A stretch of 54,144 nt of DNA from Chiloscyllium plagiosum (Eukaryota). The notes below the pieces were generated by a model. The model was not told where the DNA came from and ran no database searches. It was given only the letters and a program-made list of their open reading frames with translations. The translations under genes and the position numbers were made by a program. Location: NCBI RefSeq assembly GCF_004010195.1, contig NC_057718.1:2738996-2793139 (forward strand), in the 5' to 3' direction. The first letter of the stretch is position 1, and every line of letters begins with the position of its first letter. Positions 34,995-49,164 of the stretch are shown piece by piece.

Positions 34995-36719
34995 CTGGAA
35001 ATGGAAAATAAAGATCACTTTAAAAGCATTATGGTCAGGCAGTAATCTGCATCTGACAACAAAATCTGTATTTCCAATCGCTTCACCCCTCAGTTCCTCT
35101 GAGCTTCCTCATTTCTTATCATTTCGTGAGTATTCCCGTGTCTTGTTCTTTCTTCAAAGTGCATCACCTCACAGATATCAGGGTTTAATTCGAGCTGCAC
35201 TGATCTGGCCACCTGACCAATCCATTTCTATCCTCCTGCAATCTAATACCATCTAATACCATCCTCCTCACTCACAAGCACTTGGCTGATCTTTCTGTCA
35301 TCTGCAAACTTACTGACGATCCTTCACACTCAGATCTGCATCGTTTATGTACAGCATGGACAATGAAGGACTGACCACTGATTCCATCACTGGACGCTGG
35401 CCTCCAGTCACACAAACAGTCCTCTACTACTACATTATGTTGCTGGGTCAGAATCAATTTGGATCCAACTTGCCAAGTGATCCGAGATCCCATCAGCTTT
35501 TACTTTCATTATCAGTCTCCCATAGTGGGCCTTGACAAAGGCTTGGCTGAAATTCACAGAGAATTGAAGTTAAAGCTTTCTGGAGCTGAATTACGTGAAG
35601 GGATTTGGAGACATTATGTCAAAGTGCCATCGAGGTCATTGGTCATCCATCATTTAATTGAGTGGTGGAGCAGGCATTATGGGCTGAATGACCTACTCAT
35701 GTTCCTATGTCCCTCAGTCTGTATCTCTTAGGTTAAGGGGATGACTAAGAGGTGAGTAAACAGGGCGGCTATGAGGAAGGGCCAAGTGCATCAGAGGTGG
35801 AGGTGGGAATGTCATTGAGCAGAACAGAAGCTGCAGAAGGTTCTGGGAAATGATGGCCCAAAGACTCGAGAGCTGAGAGTTTGCAATTTCCAATTTAAAC
35901 CTCAAGATCATGAGACCGTAAGATATGTGAGCAGAAATGGGCCATTCAGCCCATTGAGTCTGCTGCACAATTTGATCATGACGGAAATGTTTCTCAGCTC
36001 CATTCTGCTTCCCTCTCCCCGGTGCATTTAATGTCCTTACGATACAAACACCTATCTGTCTCTATTTTAAATACACTCAGTGACATGGCCTTCACAGCCT
36101 TCTATGGCAATGGGTTCAACAGGTTCACCATCCTCTGGGTGAAGAAATTCCTCCTCATCTGAATTCTAAAAGATCATCCCTTAACTCTGAGGCTGTGTCC
36201 GAGTCTGTCATACTGGTGGAAACCTCTTCTCCACATCCACTTTATCCAGGCCCCTCAGTATTCTGGATGTTTTAATCAGATCCCACCCACTTCTTCGAAA
36301 CTTCAGTGAGTACAGACCCAGAGTCCTCAATTTGAAACAACTTAACGGGCTACAACAGAAACCAGTTCAACCTTTATTTTAAATGACACTGAGGTACAGA
36401 TCAGCCATGGTTCAGCTAAATGTGGAGTTAGCTCAAAAGAGTGAATATCGATGGAATATAATAAATTTCTAGAAAATAAATCACTTTGTATTCTGTCAAA
36501 CTCTCAAATCTCGATTATTAAAGATTAATACAGGCTGATGGAGTAATACTGGGAAACTTCCAGGCTAACCCAATGTTCCCATTAATTGTTGTAAAAACCC
36601 ATCTGCTTCACTAATGTCCTTCACGGAAGGAAATTTGCCACCTTTACCTGGTCTGGCCTACACATGACTCCAGACCCACAGAGATGTGCTCGCTCTTATC
36701 GTCTTCTCAAATAAACAGC

Positions 36720-38870
36720 GAAGTGACTCATTTGTCGAGAGGTGCGAGGGAGGAACAGAGGACTGCTGGGAAGATGAGTAAACAACAACATTTTTTGAAC
36801 AGAGCAGTGAGGAGAGAGGGCAGAGAGAAATGAGGATTTCCAGGAAGTTTTTAAGTGAGTGAGATCTAAACCCGAAACCCTGCACCATAGGGCTTCCCTC
36901 CCACCCACCTCCACTAACCTTACGAAGAGTCTGTAAACTCGGTAAGTTTTCAGTTTTTCTCCTTTTTTTTCTTTTCTTCTCTTCCTTGTTTAGTCCTGTT
37001 TGAGCTTTCAGAGTAGCAGGATATGGATGTTAGGGCAGTTGCATGTTCCTCCTCCAGAATGTGGCAGGTGAGAAACACTTCCTATGTCTCTGCCGACCAC
37101 ATTAGCAGGAAGTGCACCCAACTCCAGCTCCTCGAAAACCGAGTTAGGGAACTGGAGCTGGAGCTGGATGAACCAAGGATCACCTGGGAGGCTGAGGCAG
37201 AAATTGAGAGGTTGTACAGGGAGGTGGTCACTCCTCAGACACAGGATAAGGACAGCTGGGTTACTGTCAGGGGGAGGAAAGGGAGTCGACGGTCAGAGCA
37301 GGATTTCCCTGTGGCCGTTCCCCTCAGCAATAAATAAAACGTTTTGGATACTGCTGGTGGGGACGGCCTACCAGGAGAAAGCCATAGTTATCAGGTCTCT
37401 GGCACTGAGCCTGGCACTGTGACTCAGAAGGGAAGGGGGAAAATAGAAATGCGTGAGTGATAGAAGACTCAACAGTTAGATGGATTGACAGGAGATTTTG
37501 TGGTCAGGAACAGGACTCCCAGAAGGTATGTTGCCTCCCTGGTGCCAGGGTCCGGGATGTCGACGATCGGGTTTACTGGATTCTGAAGGGGGAGGGTGAG
37601 AAGCCAGAAATCGTGGTACATATTGGCATCAATGATATAGCCAGGAAGGGGATTGAGGATCTGAAAGTGACTACAGAGAGCTAGGTTGGAAGCTAAAGAG
37701 CAGGACAAGTAGAGTAGTGATCTCAGGTTTGCTGCCGTTGTCACAAGATAACGGTGAGGAACAGTCAGCAAATGCAGCTTAACACATGGCTGTGAGGCTG
37801 GTGCAGGAGGGAGGACTTCAGATACCTAAACCATTGGAATACCTTCAGGGATTGGTGGGATCTGTATATGAAGGATGAGTTGCACTTGAACTGGAGGCGC
37901 ACAAATGTTCTGGGTGGGAAATTTGCTTGTGTGGTTCGGGAGAGTTTAGACTAGTTTAGCGGGGGGGTGGGAATCAGAGCTACATACCTGAGAGAGGGGC
38001 AGTTGCAGATAGGGCAGTGTCAGGATGCAGTGAATCTATCGGGAAGGTTTCTCATGTGATGAAACAAAGAGATCGGTTAAAATGTGTCTACTTTAATGCA
38101 AGGAGTGTCAGAAATAAAAGTGACAAACTTAGAGCATGGATCAGTACTTGGGGCTATGATCTTGTGGCCATAACAGTAACTGGGTTTCACAGGGACAGGA
38201 ATGGTTGTTTGATGTTCCAGGGTTTAGAATGTTTAAAAAGTACAGTGCGGGTGGAAAAAGAGGAGGGGGTGTAGCATTGCTAATCAGAGAGTGCATCACA
38301 GCTACAGAAACAAAGGTTGTTGAGGAAGGTTTGTCCACTGAGTCAGTATGGGTGGAAATTAGGAACAGCAAGGGAACAGCCACCTCATTGGGAGTTTTCT
38401 ACAGACCCCCTAATAGCAGTAGAGAGATTGAAGATCTCATAGGCGGGCAGATTCTGGAAAAATGCAGATGTAGCAGGGTTGTTGTTCTGGGTGATTTCAA
38501 CTTTCCTAATATCAACTGGAACCTCCTTCGTGCAGATGGTTTGGATGAAGCCATTTTTGTCAGGTGTGTTCAGGAGGGTTTCCTTACTCAATATATAGAC
38601 ATCTGATGAGGAGAGAGGCCATTTTGGATTTGGTGTTCGGCAATGAGCCAGGAAAGGTGTCAGATCTCACAGTTGGAGAACACTTGGGTGACAGTGATCA
38701 CAACTGCCTCGTATAGCCTTGGAGAGGGAAAGAAGTAGTTACCAAAGGAAGATATTTACTTGGGGAAAAGGAAATTATGACACTATCAGACAAGAGTTGG
38801 GAAGTACAGACTGGGAGCAATTGTTCCACAGAAAGAGCACAGCAGACATGTGGAGACTGTTTAAGAATAG
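36720..38870 (+). mobile_element. CR1 LINE 5' part (5'UTR, ORF1, ORF2 APE), degraded
   Basis: MDVRAVACSS...KCTQLQLLENRVRELELEL; esterase motifs; YFNARSVRNK; GVFYRPPNS; LGDFNFPNINW. Confidence 0.9.
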
Positions 38871-39707
38871 ATTACTAACAGTGTGGAAACAGGCCCTTCG
38901 GCCCAACAAATCCACACCGACCCACCAAAGCGCAACCCACCAGACCCATTCCCCTACATTTACCCCTTCACCTAACACTATGGGCAATTTAGCACGGCCA
39001 ATTCACCTAACATGCACATTTTTGGATTGTGGGAGGAAACCGGAGCACCCGGAGGAAACCCACGCAGACTCTGTGACTCTGTTTCAGAAACTTGATCAAA
39101 TGGTATGGTCTGAAGCACAGCTTGAAAGGGGATGATGGATTAAACTGGGTTAAAGAATCCCTGAAAATAGACCCAGGGATCACAATGTGTGATTAACCCA
39201 CTGCCAATCATTGTGGTCTCAGCCGAAGATCACCAAATAGAATGCAACATTAGTTAAATATGGAGCCAGCCCTTATAATATTGAAATTACTTCTCAGCAA
39301 CCTGTGGGGGTGTGCTGTACCACAGGGTGGGACTTGATCCCTGGCCTTGTGGTCTACAGTTAGGGACACTGCCAGTGTGCCACAGCCCCCTGATCCTGAC
39401 ATTGGTTACACGTCTCAAGGGCAGCAGCTTCTCTCAAACAAATAGCTAGAACCATTTGTCATTTCTGTTGCTGTTCATTCCAAGGCAGTTGTTGATAACA
39501 CATGAATACACAGTGGGCTAGGGTGATATGGGTGGGGAAACTTTGTCACCTCAAATGTGCACAAGCTGCCAGCAGCTCCGGGTCATACTTTTCAATTAAT
39601 TAGCTCAAGAACATAGACACACAGTTTAGTGGTCAGATAATTAGATTATTGAGAAACTTGTTATATCAGTGAAATTGAGTACAATTTAAAATAGCTGCTG
39701 AACTCAC

Positions 39708-39802
39708 TCTGTCAGTGATGATTAACAAAGATATAAACAAGAAGAAAACACCCAGACCACAGGTTGTTCACGATGTCATTTGTCAGTCTCTGACTGCAAC
39801 AT
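39708..39802 (-). pseudogene. TM pseudo-exon, paralogue of 34127-34240
   Basis: Acceptor AG changed to AA, a 19-nt deletion removes the LRTTVA region, and the donor GTGAGT is retained. Confidence 0.6.
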
Positions 39803-40217
39803 TTGAAACTGATATTAGGTCAAAATGTGCAAACTGATGTGTGATTAGCTCAAACCTGATTAATCAGCAACAACTTGCAGTTTTATAATGCCTTTAACAC
39901 AGAAAAATGTTTCAGGGTTTCTCGTGGAGTCACATGGGGAGATATTAGTCTGGGTGACATTCCACAATGGCAGCTGAGATGAGGAGGAATTTCATCAGCC
40001 AGAGGATGATGAATCTGTGGAACTCAATACACAGAGGGCTGCAGAGGCCAAGTCATTGAATGTATTTAAGACTGAGATAGATAGGTACTGGATCAGTGAG
40101 GGGGTCAAAGGCTATGGGCAATGGCCTGGAGAATGAGTTTCAAAAACAAATCAGCAATGATTGAAAGGCAGAGCTCAAGCCTCATCTGTTCCTATATCAG
40201 ATGGTCTTCTAGATTAG

Positions 40218-40557
40218 ACTGAAGAACAGTAATTGAATGGGTATAACCCCACACATTGCAGGCAGAGACTGCAGTGTCAATGGGCTGTATGTTTGTAATG
40301 GTCAGAGTGAAGCTGTTCTAGGAAGGCTCTCTGGAAGGTTGAAATGAAGCAGGAAAGCTGGAGGAGTTTCCTGGTGAATTATTTCTGGAACGAGCTCTCA
40401 TCTTGTCCTTTCTTTTCCTGGGGAGCTGTTGTTACTAATGAATGATCACTTCTTGCAGCTCAGTGCTCTTCATGGTGCACAGTCAGTCTCACTGTCTGAC
40501 CCTCTCTGACACGATGAACTGTTGGAAACTGAACTAGCACTGGATTCAACAAGGTAC
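40218..40557 (-). pseudogene. V6: V pseudo-exon, paralogue of V5
   Basis: Homologous to V5; acceptor CAG changed to CAA; stops and frameshifts. Confidence 0.8.
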
Positions 40558-41595
40558 TTGGAAATGGAAAATAAAGATCACTTTAAAAACATTAAGGTCA
40601 GGCAGTAATCTGCAGCTGACAACACATTCTGTATTTCCAAACACTTCACCCACTTTCCTCTGAGCTTCCTCATTTCTTGCCATTCAGTGAGTACTCCTTG
40701 TCTTGTTACTTCTTCAAGGTGCATCACCTCACAGATATCAGGATTTAATTCTAGCTGCCACTGATCAGCCCACCAGACCAATCTATATTTATCCCCTGCA
40801 ATCTAACACCATCCTTCTCACTCTCAAGCACTTGGCCTATCATTCTGTCATCTGCATAATTGCCATTGTCCACATTCAGATCTGTATCGTTTTTCTACAG
40901 CATGGACAATAAAGGACCGAGCACTGATCCCTTTGGTACACCACAGGACACTGGCCTCCAGTCACAAACAGATCTCTACCATCACCCTCTGTTGCTGTGT
41001 CAGAACCACTTTTGAATCCAACTTACCTAGTGACCTTAGATCCCATCAGCTTTTACTTTCACTATCAGTCTCCCAGACCGTGCCTTGTCAAAGGCTTGGC
41101 TGAAATCCCAATAACCTACATTCCCCAGAGAACTGTGGAGACTCAGTTATTGGGATCATTCAAGACTGAAATTAAAGTTTTTTGGAGATGATTTACATGA
41201 AGGGATTTGGAGACAGTGTGTTAAAGTCTCACTGAGGTCATTGATCATCCACCATTTCATTGAGTGGTGGAGCAGACTACTCCTGTTCCTTTGGCCTAAG
41301 AAGGGGAGTAAACAGGGTATGAGGAAAGGCAAAATGCATCAGAGGTGGAGATGGGAGAATCGTTGAGCAGAACAGGAACTGCGGAGGGTTCTGGGAAATG
41401 ATGGCCCAAAGACTCAAGAGTTGTGATTTGAAATTTCGCATTTAAAATCTCAAGACCATGGTGGAGAAGGCTCGAGGAGTAGAATGGCCTACTCATGTTC
41501 CTATTTCATATTTTCTTATTGTCTTATATTCTAGAATAGACAGAAGGATTTTAGAGTAATAAAGGAGAAAGACTGAAAACAAAAAGTAAATCATA

Positions 41596-42725
41596 GGCAT
41601 TTGATAAGGTTCCCCATGATAGGCTCATTCAGAAGGTCAGGAGGAATGAGATACAGGGAACTTAGCTGTCTGGATACAGAATTGGCTGGCCAACAGAAGA
41701 CAGCGAGTGGTAGTAGAAGGAAAATATTCTGCCTGGAAGTCAGTGGTGAGTGGTGTTCCACAGGGCTCTGTCCTTGGGCCTCTACTGTTTGTAACTTTTA
41801 TTCATGACTTGGATGAGGGGATTGAAGGATGGGTCAGCAAGTTTGCAGACGACACAAAGGTTGGAGGTGTCGTTGACAGTATAGAGGGCTGTTGTAGGCT
41901 GCAGCGGGATATTGACAGGATGCAGAGATGGGCTGAGAGGTGACAGATGGAGTTCAACCTTGATAAATGTGAGGTGATGCATTTTGGAAGGTCGAATTTG
42001 AAAGCTGAGTACAGGATTAAGGATAGGATTCTTGGCAGTGTGGAGGAACAGAGGGATCTTGGTGTGCAGGTACAATGGCCACCCAAGTGGACAGGGTTGT
42101 TAAGAAAGCATAAGGTGTTTTGGCTTTCATTAACAGGAAGATTGAGTTTAAGAGTCGTGAGATCTTGTTGCAGCTCCATAAAACTTTGGTTAGACTGCAC
42201 TTGGAATACTGCGTCCAGTTCTGGTCGCCCTATTATAGGAAAGATGTGGATGCTTTGCAGAGGGTTCAGAGGAGGTTTACCAGAATGCTGCCTGGACTGG
42301 AGGGCTTATCTTATGAAGAGAAGTTGAAGAGAGTTTGACTGAGCTTGAACTTTTTTCATTGGAGAAAAGGAGGAGGAAAGGGGACCTAATTGAGGTGTAC
42401 AAGATAATGAGAAGTATAGATAGAGTCGATAACCAGAGACTATTTCCCAGGGCAGAAATGACTAACATGAGGGGTCATAGTTTTAAGCTGGTTGGAGGAA
42501 AGTATAGAGGGGATGTCAGAGGCGGGTTCTTTACACAGAGAGTTGTGAGAGCATGGAATGCATTGCCAGCAGTAGTTGTGGAAGCAAGGTCATTGGGGAC
42601 ATTTAAGAGACTACTGGACATGCATAGGGTCACAGAAATTTGAGGGTGCATATATGAGGATCAGTGGTCGGCACAACATTGTGGACTGAAGGGCCTGTTC
42701 TGTGCTGTACTGTTCTATGTTCTAT
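41596..42725 (+). mobile_element. CR1 LINE RT 3' part
   Basis: [38 protein letters not shown]; gttctat tail. Confidence 0.92.
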
Positions 42726-44189
42726 AGAATTCCTTACAGTGTGGAAACAGGCCCTTCAGCCCAACAAGTCCACATTGACCCTCTAAAGAGTAACTCACCT
42801 AGATTAATTCCTCTACTCTTCATTTACCCCTGAGTAATGCACCTAACCTAAACATCCTTGAACATTATGGGCAATTTAGCATTGCCAATTCACCTAACCT
42901 GCACATCTATGGATTGTGGGAGGAAACCGGAGCACCCGCAGGAAACCCACAAAGACATGTGGAGAATGTGTAATCTCCATACGATCGCCTGAGACTGGAA
43001 TCCAACCCGGGTCACTGGCACTCTGCAACAACAGTGCTAACCACTGAGCCACCATGCTGCTCCTGATTGACATAAATTAAAATGCTCCCATCTTGGTAAG
43101 ACTGGACATGCCAAAGTCAATGGGAAACTGATTGGAGTCAGAGGAATATCAAAAGAATTTTCAGAAAAAAGATCCATCACAAAAATAAATAACTATTGTT
43201 ATGATCAAGGCCAGACCACTCAAAACATTTTTAAGCAAGCAGTCCTAGATCTGACAAATTGTTTTGGTAGGTGTTCAGTGAAAATTACCCAGAGTAAGAT
43301 AACTAAGTTGACTATTATATTTTAAAACAGACAAAAATGTATTCACCAAATTACACAATGAACACAAACAACAGAATAATGAACCCTACAGAACTCAACC
43401 GTCAGAGGGAAATGGGTCTGGGTGGGTTATTCTTCAGAGGGTCGGTGTGGACTGGTTGGACCAAAGTGCCTGTTTCCACACTGTAGGGAATCTAATCTAA
43501 CCAGCAAGACTTAATTATATTGTTCCAAATCCACACAACAGTCCCAATATGCAAACTTCCTTTAAAACCCAGTATAAATGCTCACAGGTGGAAGTTGAAG
43601 GCAGAAAGAGAGAGAGTTTCCATACAGCTCCCTGTTGAACTTCCCATATCAAGACTCAAGTAAAACTGTTCAGCTCAGGTCAGCTTAGCGAGCTGACTGC
43701 TCCCCTCAATATACAGGTCACTTCCAAAGCATGACCACTTGGGCCTGAAGTCTCATGTGTTTACATATAAATTAAAGGTCTCTCAAAAATTCTTTTCATC
43801 TCTGTACCAAACCAGACTGATTGAAGTCTGGCCTGGTTTGTTGCCCCTTGAAAAAAACCAAAGACAGAGTCTCCTTGAGCCAAGGAACATCTGATAACAT
43901 GAATGATTTGAATGCACTAATGAGGGAGAGGGACAGCAATAGAGTCCAGAGAATTTGTCTTCAAATATGAATAAGGAGAGTGAGGATTTGATACTTAAGG
44001 GGAGTATTTCCTTCAGCTTCAAAGCCAGGAAGTAAACCAAGAAAGATCTTGAGATACACTGGAGCAAATCAATCCCTGATGCTGCCTAATGATCCTGTTT
44101 GTCTTCCAGAGAGATTAGTGAAAGAGTAAATATTAATTGGAGGCATTCATGTAGATTATGCAGAGTTAGATTAAAAAGTGACTTTAGCA

Positions 44190-46030
44190 CAATTGAAATG
44201 TGGAGCTTAAGCAAGGAACAGCTACTGTGTGTCCTTGATAGGTATGTAACTGTCAGGCAGGGAGGAAATGGGTGAGCGAGGGGGCTGTGGTTTACTAAGG
44301 AAGTTGAATCTCTTGTCAAGAGAAAGTAGGAGGCTTATGCTAAGATGAAATGTGAAGGCTCACTTAGAGCACTTGAGAGTTTCAAGTTAGCCAGGAAAGA
44401 CCGAAAGAGAGAGCTAAGAAAAGCCAGGAGTGGACATGAGATGTCATTGGCAGATAGGATCAAGGAAAGCCCGAAGGCCTTTTATTGGTATACCAGGAAT
44501 AAAAGAATGACTAGAGTAAGATTACAGCCAATCAAGGATTGTTGTGGGAAGTTGTGCATGGTGTCAGAGGAGCTAGGGGAAGCACTAAATGAATATTTTT
44601 CATCAGTATTCACACCAGAAAAAGACAATGTTGTAAAGGAGTGAACTGAGATACAGTCTGCTAGACTAGATGGGATTGAGGTTCACAAGGAGGAGGTGTT
44701 AGCAATTCTGGGACATTTGAAAATAGATATGTCCCCTGGGCTGGCTGGGATTTATCCTAGGATTCTCTGGGAAGCCAGGGAGGAGATTGCATAGCCTTTG
44801 GCTTTGATCTTTATGTTGGCATTGTCGACCGGAGTAGTGCCAGAAGATTGGAGGATAGCAAATATTGTTCCCTTTTTCAAGAAGGGAAGTAGAGAAAATC
44901 CTAATAATTATAGACCAGTGAGCCTTGTTTCGGTTGTGGGTAAACTGTTGGGAAAGTTTATAAGAGATTGGATTTATAATCATCTAGAAAGGAATAAATT
45001 GATTAGGGATAATCAACATGATTTTGTGACAGGTATCATGCCTCACAAATTATATTGAGTTCTTTCAGAAGGTGACCAAATAGGGGGATGAGGGTAAAGT
45101 GGTTTATGTGGTCTATATGGATTTCAATAAGGTGTTTGATAAGGTTCCCCACGGTAGGCTATTGCACAAAATACAGAGGCATGGGATTGAGGGTGATTTA
45201 GTGATTTAGATCAGAAATTGGAGAGCTGAAAGAAGACAGAGGGTGGTGGTTGATGGGAAATGTTCATCCTGGAGTTCAGTTACTAGTGGTGTATCGCAAA
45301 GATCTGTTTTGGGTCCACTGCTGTTTGTCATTTTTATAAATGACCTGGATGAGGGCATAGCTAGATGTGTTAGTAAATTTGCAGATGACATTAAAATTGG
45401 GAGAGTTGTGGATAGTGACAAAGGGTGTTAAAGGCTACAGAGAGACATAACTAAGCTGCAGAGGTGGGATGATGGGTGGAAAATGGAGTTTAATATGGAA
45501 CAATGTGAAGTGATTCACTTTGGAAGGAGTAACAGGAATGCAGAGGATTGAGCTAATGGTAAGATTCTTGGTAGTGTAGATGAGCAGAGAGATTTCGGTG
45601 TCCATGTACATAAATTCTTGAAAGTTGCCACCCAAGATGATAGGGTTGTTAAGAAGGCATACGGTATGTTAGCTTTTATTGGTAGAGAAATTGAGTTTCA
45701 GAATCATGAGGTCATGCTGCAACTGTACGAAAATCTGGTGTGGCCACACTTGAAGTATTACATACTGTTCTGGTCTCCGCATTATAGGAAGGATGTGGAA
45801 GCTTTGGAAAGGATTCAGAGGAGATTGACTAGGGTGTTAGCTGGAATGGAAGGAAGGTCTTACAAGGAAAGGCTGAGGGACTTGAGGCTGTTTTCATTAG
45901 AGATGTTGAGAGGTGATTTAATTGAGACATATAAGATAATTAGAGGGTGAGGTAGGGTGGACAGTGAGAGCCTTTATCCGCAGATGGTGATGGCTAACAC
46001 AAGGGGACATGGTTTTCAATTGAGGGATCT
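44190..46030 (+). mobile_element. CR1 LINE RT, degraded
   Basis: PEDWRIANIVPFFKKG...NYRPVSL; KFADD; FWSPHYRKD. Confidence 0.92.
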
Positions 46031-46365
46031 TAGATAGAGGCAAAAGTGAGGACTGCAGAGTCTAGGTTAGAGCGGTGCTGGAAAGGCACAGCAGCACAGG
46101 CAGCATCTGAGGAGCAGGAAAATTGACTTTTCAGGCAAAAGCCCTTCATCAGGAATGAACTGGGGAATGGACAGAGGTCCATTCGGTGGTCACTCCACCT
46201 GACTTCCAGAATGAAATTTCACAAATATTTCAATAAAATCCCAGTGTCAGGACTTCTAGGGATTACGAAAATGCAGGGAATTCAAGAAAATCGCAAACTT
46301 ATCTCAATTAATTCAGTGGGCAAGAGGTTACAGTTGGAGGAGATTGTTATGAAAACTGTACTTAC

Positions 46366-46707
46366 TGGTGAGCTGGCTTCCTCTCCCATAGATCTTTCCT
46401 CCCACTGAGCAGTAATAGACCCCAGTGACAGAGGGCTGCATGTTTGTGATGGTCAGAATGAAGCTATTACTGGAGGGATCTCTGGAAGACTGGAATTGCT
46501 CAGTGAATCCTGGGCTGCATTGTGTGAGAGACATATTTACCATGTGTAAAAATTTGCATCTTATTGGCACCCTGGTTTTTGATGGTACCATTTAACAGTG
46601 GTGTCAGTCACTGTGGGTGTTCCTCATAGTGCACTGTAACTAGGCAGTGTGACCCTTGGTGACCCATTCCAGGCTCAGAGACTGGAGAAGGACTGGAGGA
46701 TTTTCAC
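46366..46707 (-). pseudogene. V7: VJ-type V pseudo-exon
   Basis: tttttttccctgaAG / GTAAGT; ENPPVLLQSLSLEWVTKGHTA*LQCTMRN, frameshifts, then GVYYCSVGGKIYGRGSQLT. Confidence 0.88.
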
Positions 46708-49164
46708 CTTCAGGGAAAAAAATCGAGAATTTCAGAATCAGTTCTCCAGGTTACAATGTGCTGTCAGTTGTTCAAAGAGACAGTTCAGGTGGAACACCTT
46801 CTGTATTAAATAGAGAACTGGTTTAAGATTGAACCAATGGAGTTGAAGCAGATCAAACAAAGCATTTTTGAGTAATTAAATATCTTTAATGACTATTACT
46901 GTAAAGATTTAAAGAGGAACAGCTGGGTCAGAGTGTAGAGTGACGTGTCCTGAAAAACGGGCTGTTCCTCATTACAGTTCCCAGCCTCAGACTCTCCCCA
47001 CTCTCTGTCTCCACCAGATTCTCATGTATCCTGTTCCCTTCTCCCTGACCCACTCATCGCTCAGGTTCTGCAGCCTCTTCTGGGAAGCTCCCTCATTCCC
47101 CCCATTCTGCTCACTGCTTTCCCCAGAATGATCACCTTTCCCTGAACCAGACTCTTCACAATCCTCCCAATGCCATGTACACAGTGTAACTCACTCTCTA
47201 GCCAGTATTCTGCTCTGGGGACTGGTGTGAATGATGATCCCTCTGAGGACGCTAGTCAATATTCCCAGCTATATCAAGGGCTTCTGATGTTTATTGAAAA
47301 AGTCCATGTTATGAAGATGTGGGTGTACTATTCTTTTTAGAAAGTTCAAAGCTAGCAGAACTACCTGACAGCACCAAGTGTTCTAAACAAGATACAATGT
47401 AAGCTTCTGTTTCATTGTAATACCAAATCTGCAGCCTTCTGTGTTTGTTACAGTGAAAGACCGCCTCATTAAATAAAATTAACAATAATTAGATCCATCA
47501 AGTCAGATCTAACAATTGAAAATTGGTACCACAAGAAAGAAACTGACCTGGGTATAGGTGTAGGAGAAAGCAAGGTAGTAGGGTCAGGGATTCAGATCAT
47601 GCTGCTGCAGTGAGATTAATGAGAATGGAATCGTGGGAGAATTCAGAGAACTGAAAGGCTTGTTTCGATGATGATGAGCAAGGCAGGAGTTCAGGCAGAT
47701 CCCTAACATATCTCGCATAGACAGTGAGGATGGGGAAATAATCATCTGGAAAACTTCAGAGAAACTGGAGGAATAAAATGTCTGTGGCTGAAAGAGCAGT
47801 AAGTTCTGGAGAACAGCCAGAAAGATATTATCACCATAACGGAACAAGGCTGCAACCACAGAAAGGAGCATGTTTCCACTGTAATGATAAGAGACATACC
47901 AAAGAACAGAGAACAACACAGCACAGGAACAGGCCCTTTGACCCTCCAACCTGCACCAACACATTCACCCTTCCATACTAAAACTGTCTTCACTTTCAGG
48001 ATCCATATCCCTCTATTCCCTTCTTATTCATGTGTTCACCCGGGTGCTTCTTGAATGATTCTATTGTGTCAATTGCGAGAATGTAAACAGGATGCTGATT
48101 GCAGTCGTAGGAATATCAAAGGAATCTTCAGAGAAGGGGGCCATTGCAAAATTAATCACTGTTATGATAGGGCAGGACAGAGAGAACATGATCCTTTGAA
48201 AGTACAAATGAGGGAGAGGGTGCTTAGGACAGTCCTGAGAATTTGTATTTGGATATTAAAATCGGGAGTGAGACCACTGGAGGGTCTGAGTATTGTATCT
48301 CAAAGGAGATCATTTCTGCTTCAAAGCAAGGAGATAAACAAACAAATATCTTGAGGGACTGTTGGGTATGTGTGTAAACAATTAAAGACCCTGAGACATA
48401 AGAAATAGGAACAGGAGGAGGCTGCTCGGTCCCACAAGCCTGCTATGCCATCTGATATGGTTGTGACAGATCAACATTCCTCACGACCACTTCCCTATGA
48501 TTTCCCTGTAATGCTTGATTCCCTGACTAATGAAGAATCTCTCTGTAGCAAAGAGTTCCAAAGATTCACAATGCACTGACGGAAGAAATTCCTCAACACT
48601 TCAGTTTTAAATTCGTGCTTCATAATTCTGAGACTGTGTCTTCTGGACTTAGACTCTCCCATGAGGGAAATCATCCTTTCAGCATTGATCCTGTCAAGGA
48701 CCTTAAGAATCTGATATGTTTCAATGAGATCATCTGTCATTCTTCTAAACCCCAGTGAGGAGAGTCCCAACTTACATTTTTTATTCACTTGTGGAACATG
48801 GATATCGCTGGAAGAGCATTTATTGCCCGTCATGAGTTGCCCTTTAGAAGGTGGTGGTGAGGTGTCGCCTTGAATCGCTGCAGTCCATGTGCTGTAGGGA
48901 GACCCATAATTCCCTTAGGAAGGGAATTCCAGGATTTTTAATACCTATCTGGGCAAGTGGGGAGCATTCCATCACACGCCTGTAGATGGTAGGCAGGATT
49001 TAAGGACTCAGGAGGTGAGTGATTTACCATAACATTCCTAGCCTCTGACCTATCATTGGTGCCACTGTGTTTATGTGGAAAATCCAGGTGAGTTTCTGGT
49101 CAAGGATGGTGATCGTGTTGAATTCAGTGATAGTAATCCTATCGAATGACAGGGGGTGATTGTA

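Larger units (their letters stand above)
33490..35910. repeat. Segmental duplication copy 1 (V5 + TM + tail module)
   Basis: Collinear with 39083-41460, from ttcagaaacttgatcaaatgg to ctcaaga(t/c)catg. Confidence 0.92.
39083..41460. repeat. Segmental duplication copy 2 (V6 + TM + tail module)
   Basis: Collinear with 33490-35910. Confidence 0.92.

Noticed and set aside
43990-44067. Hydrophobic ORF start LLQCISRSFLVYFLAL upstream of V6 as a second leader
   Set aside because: No ATG and no splice donor at the expected position.
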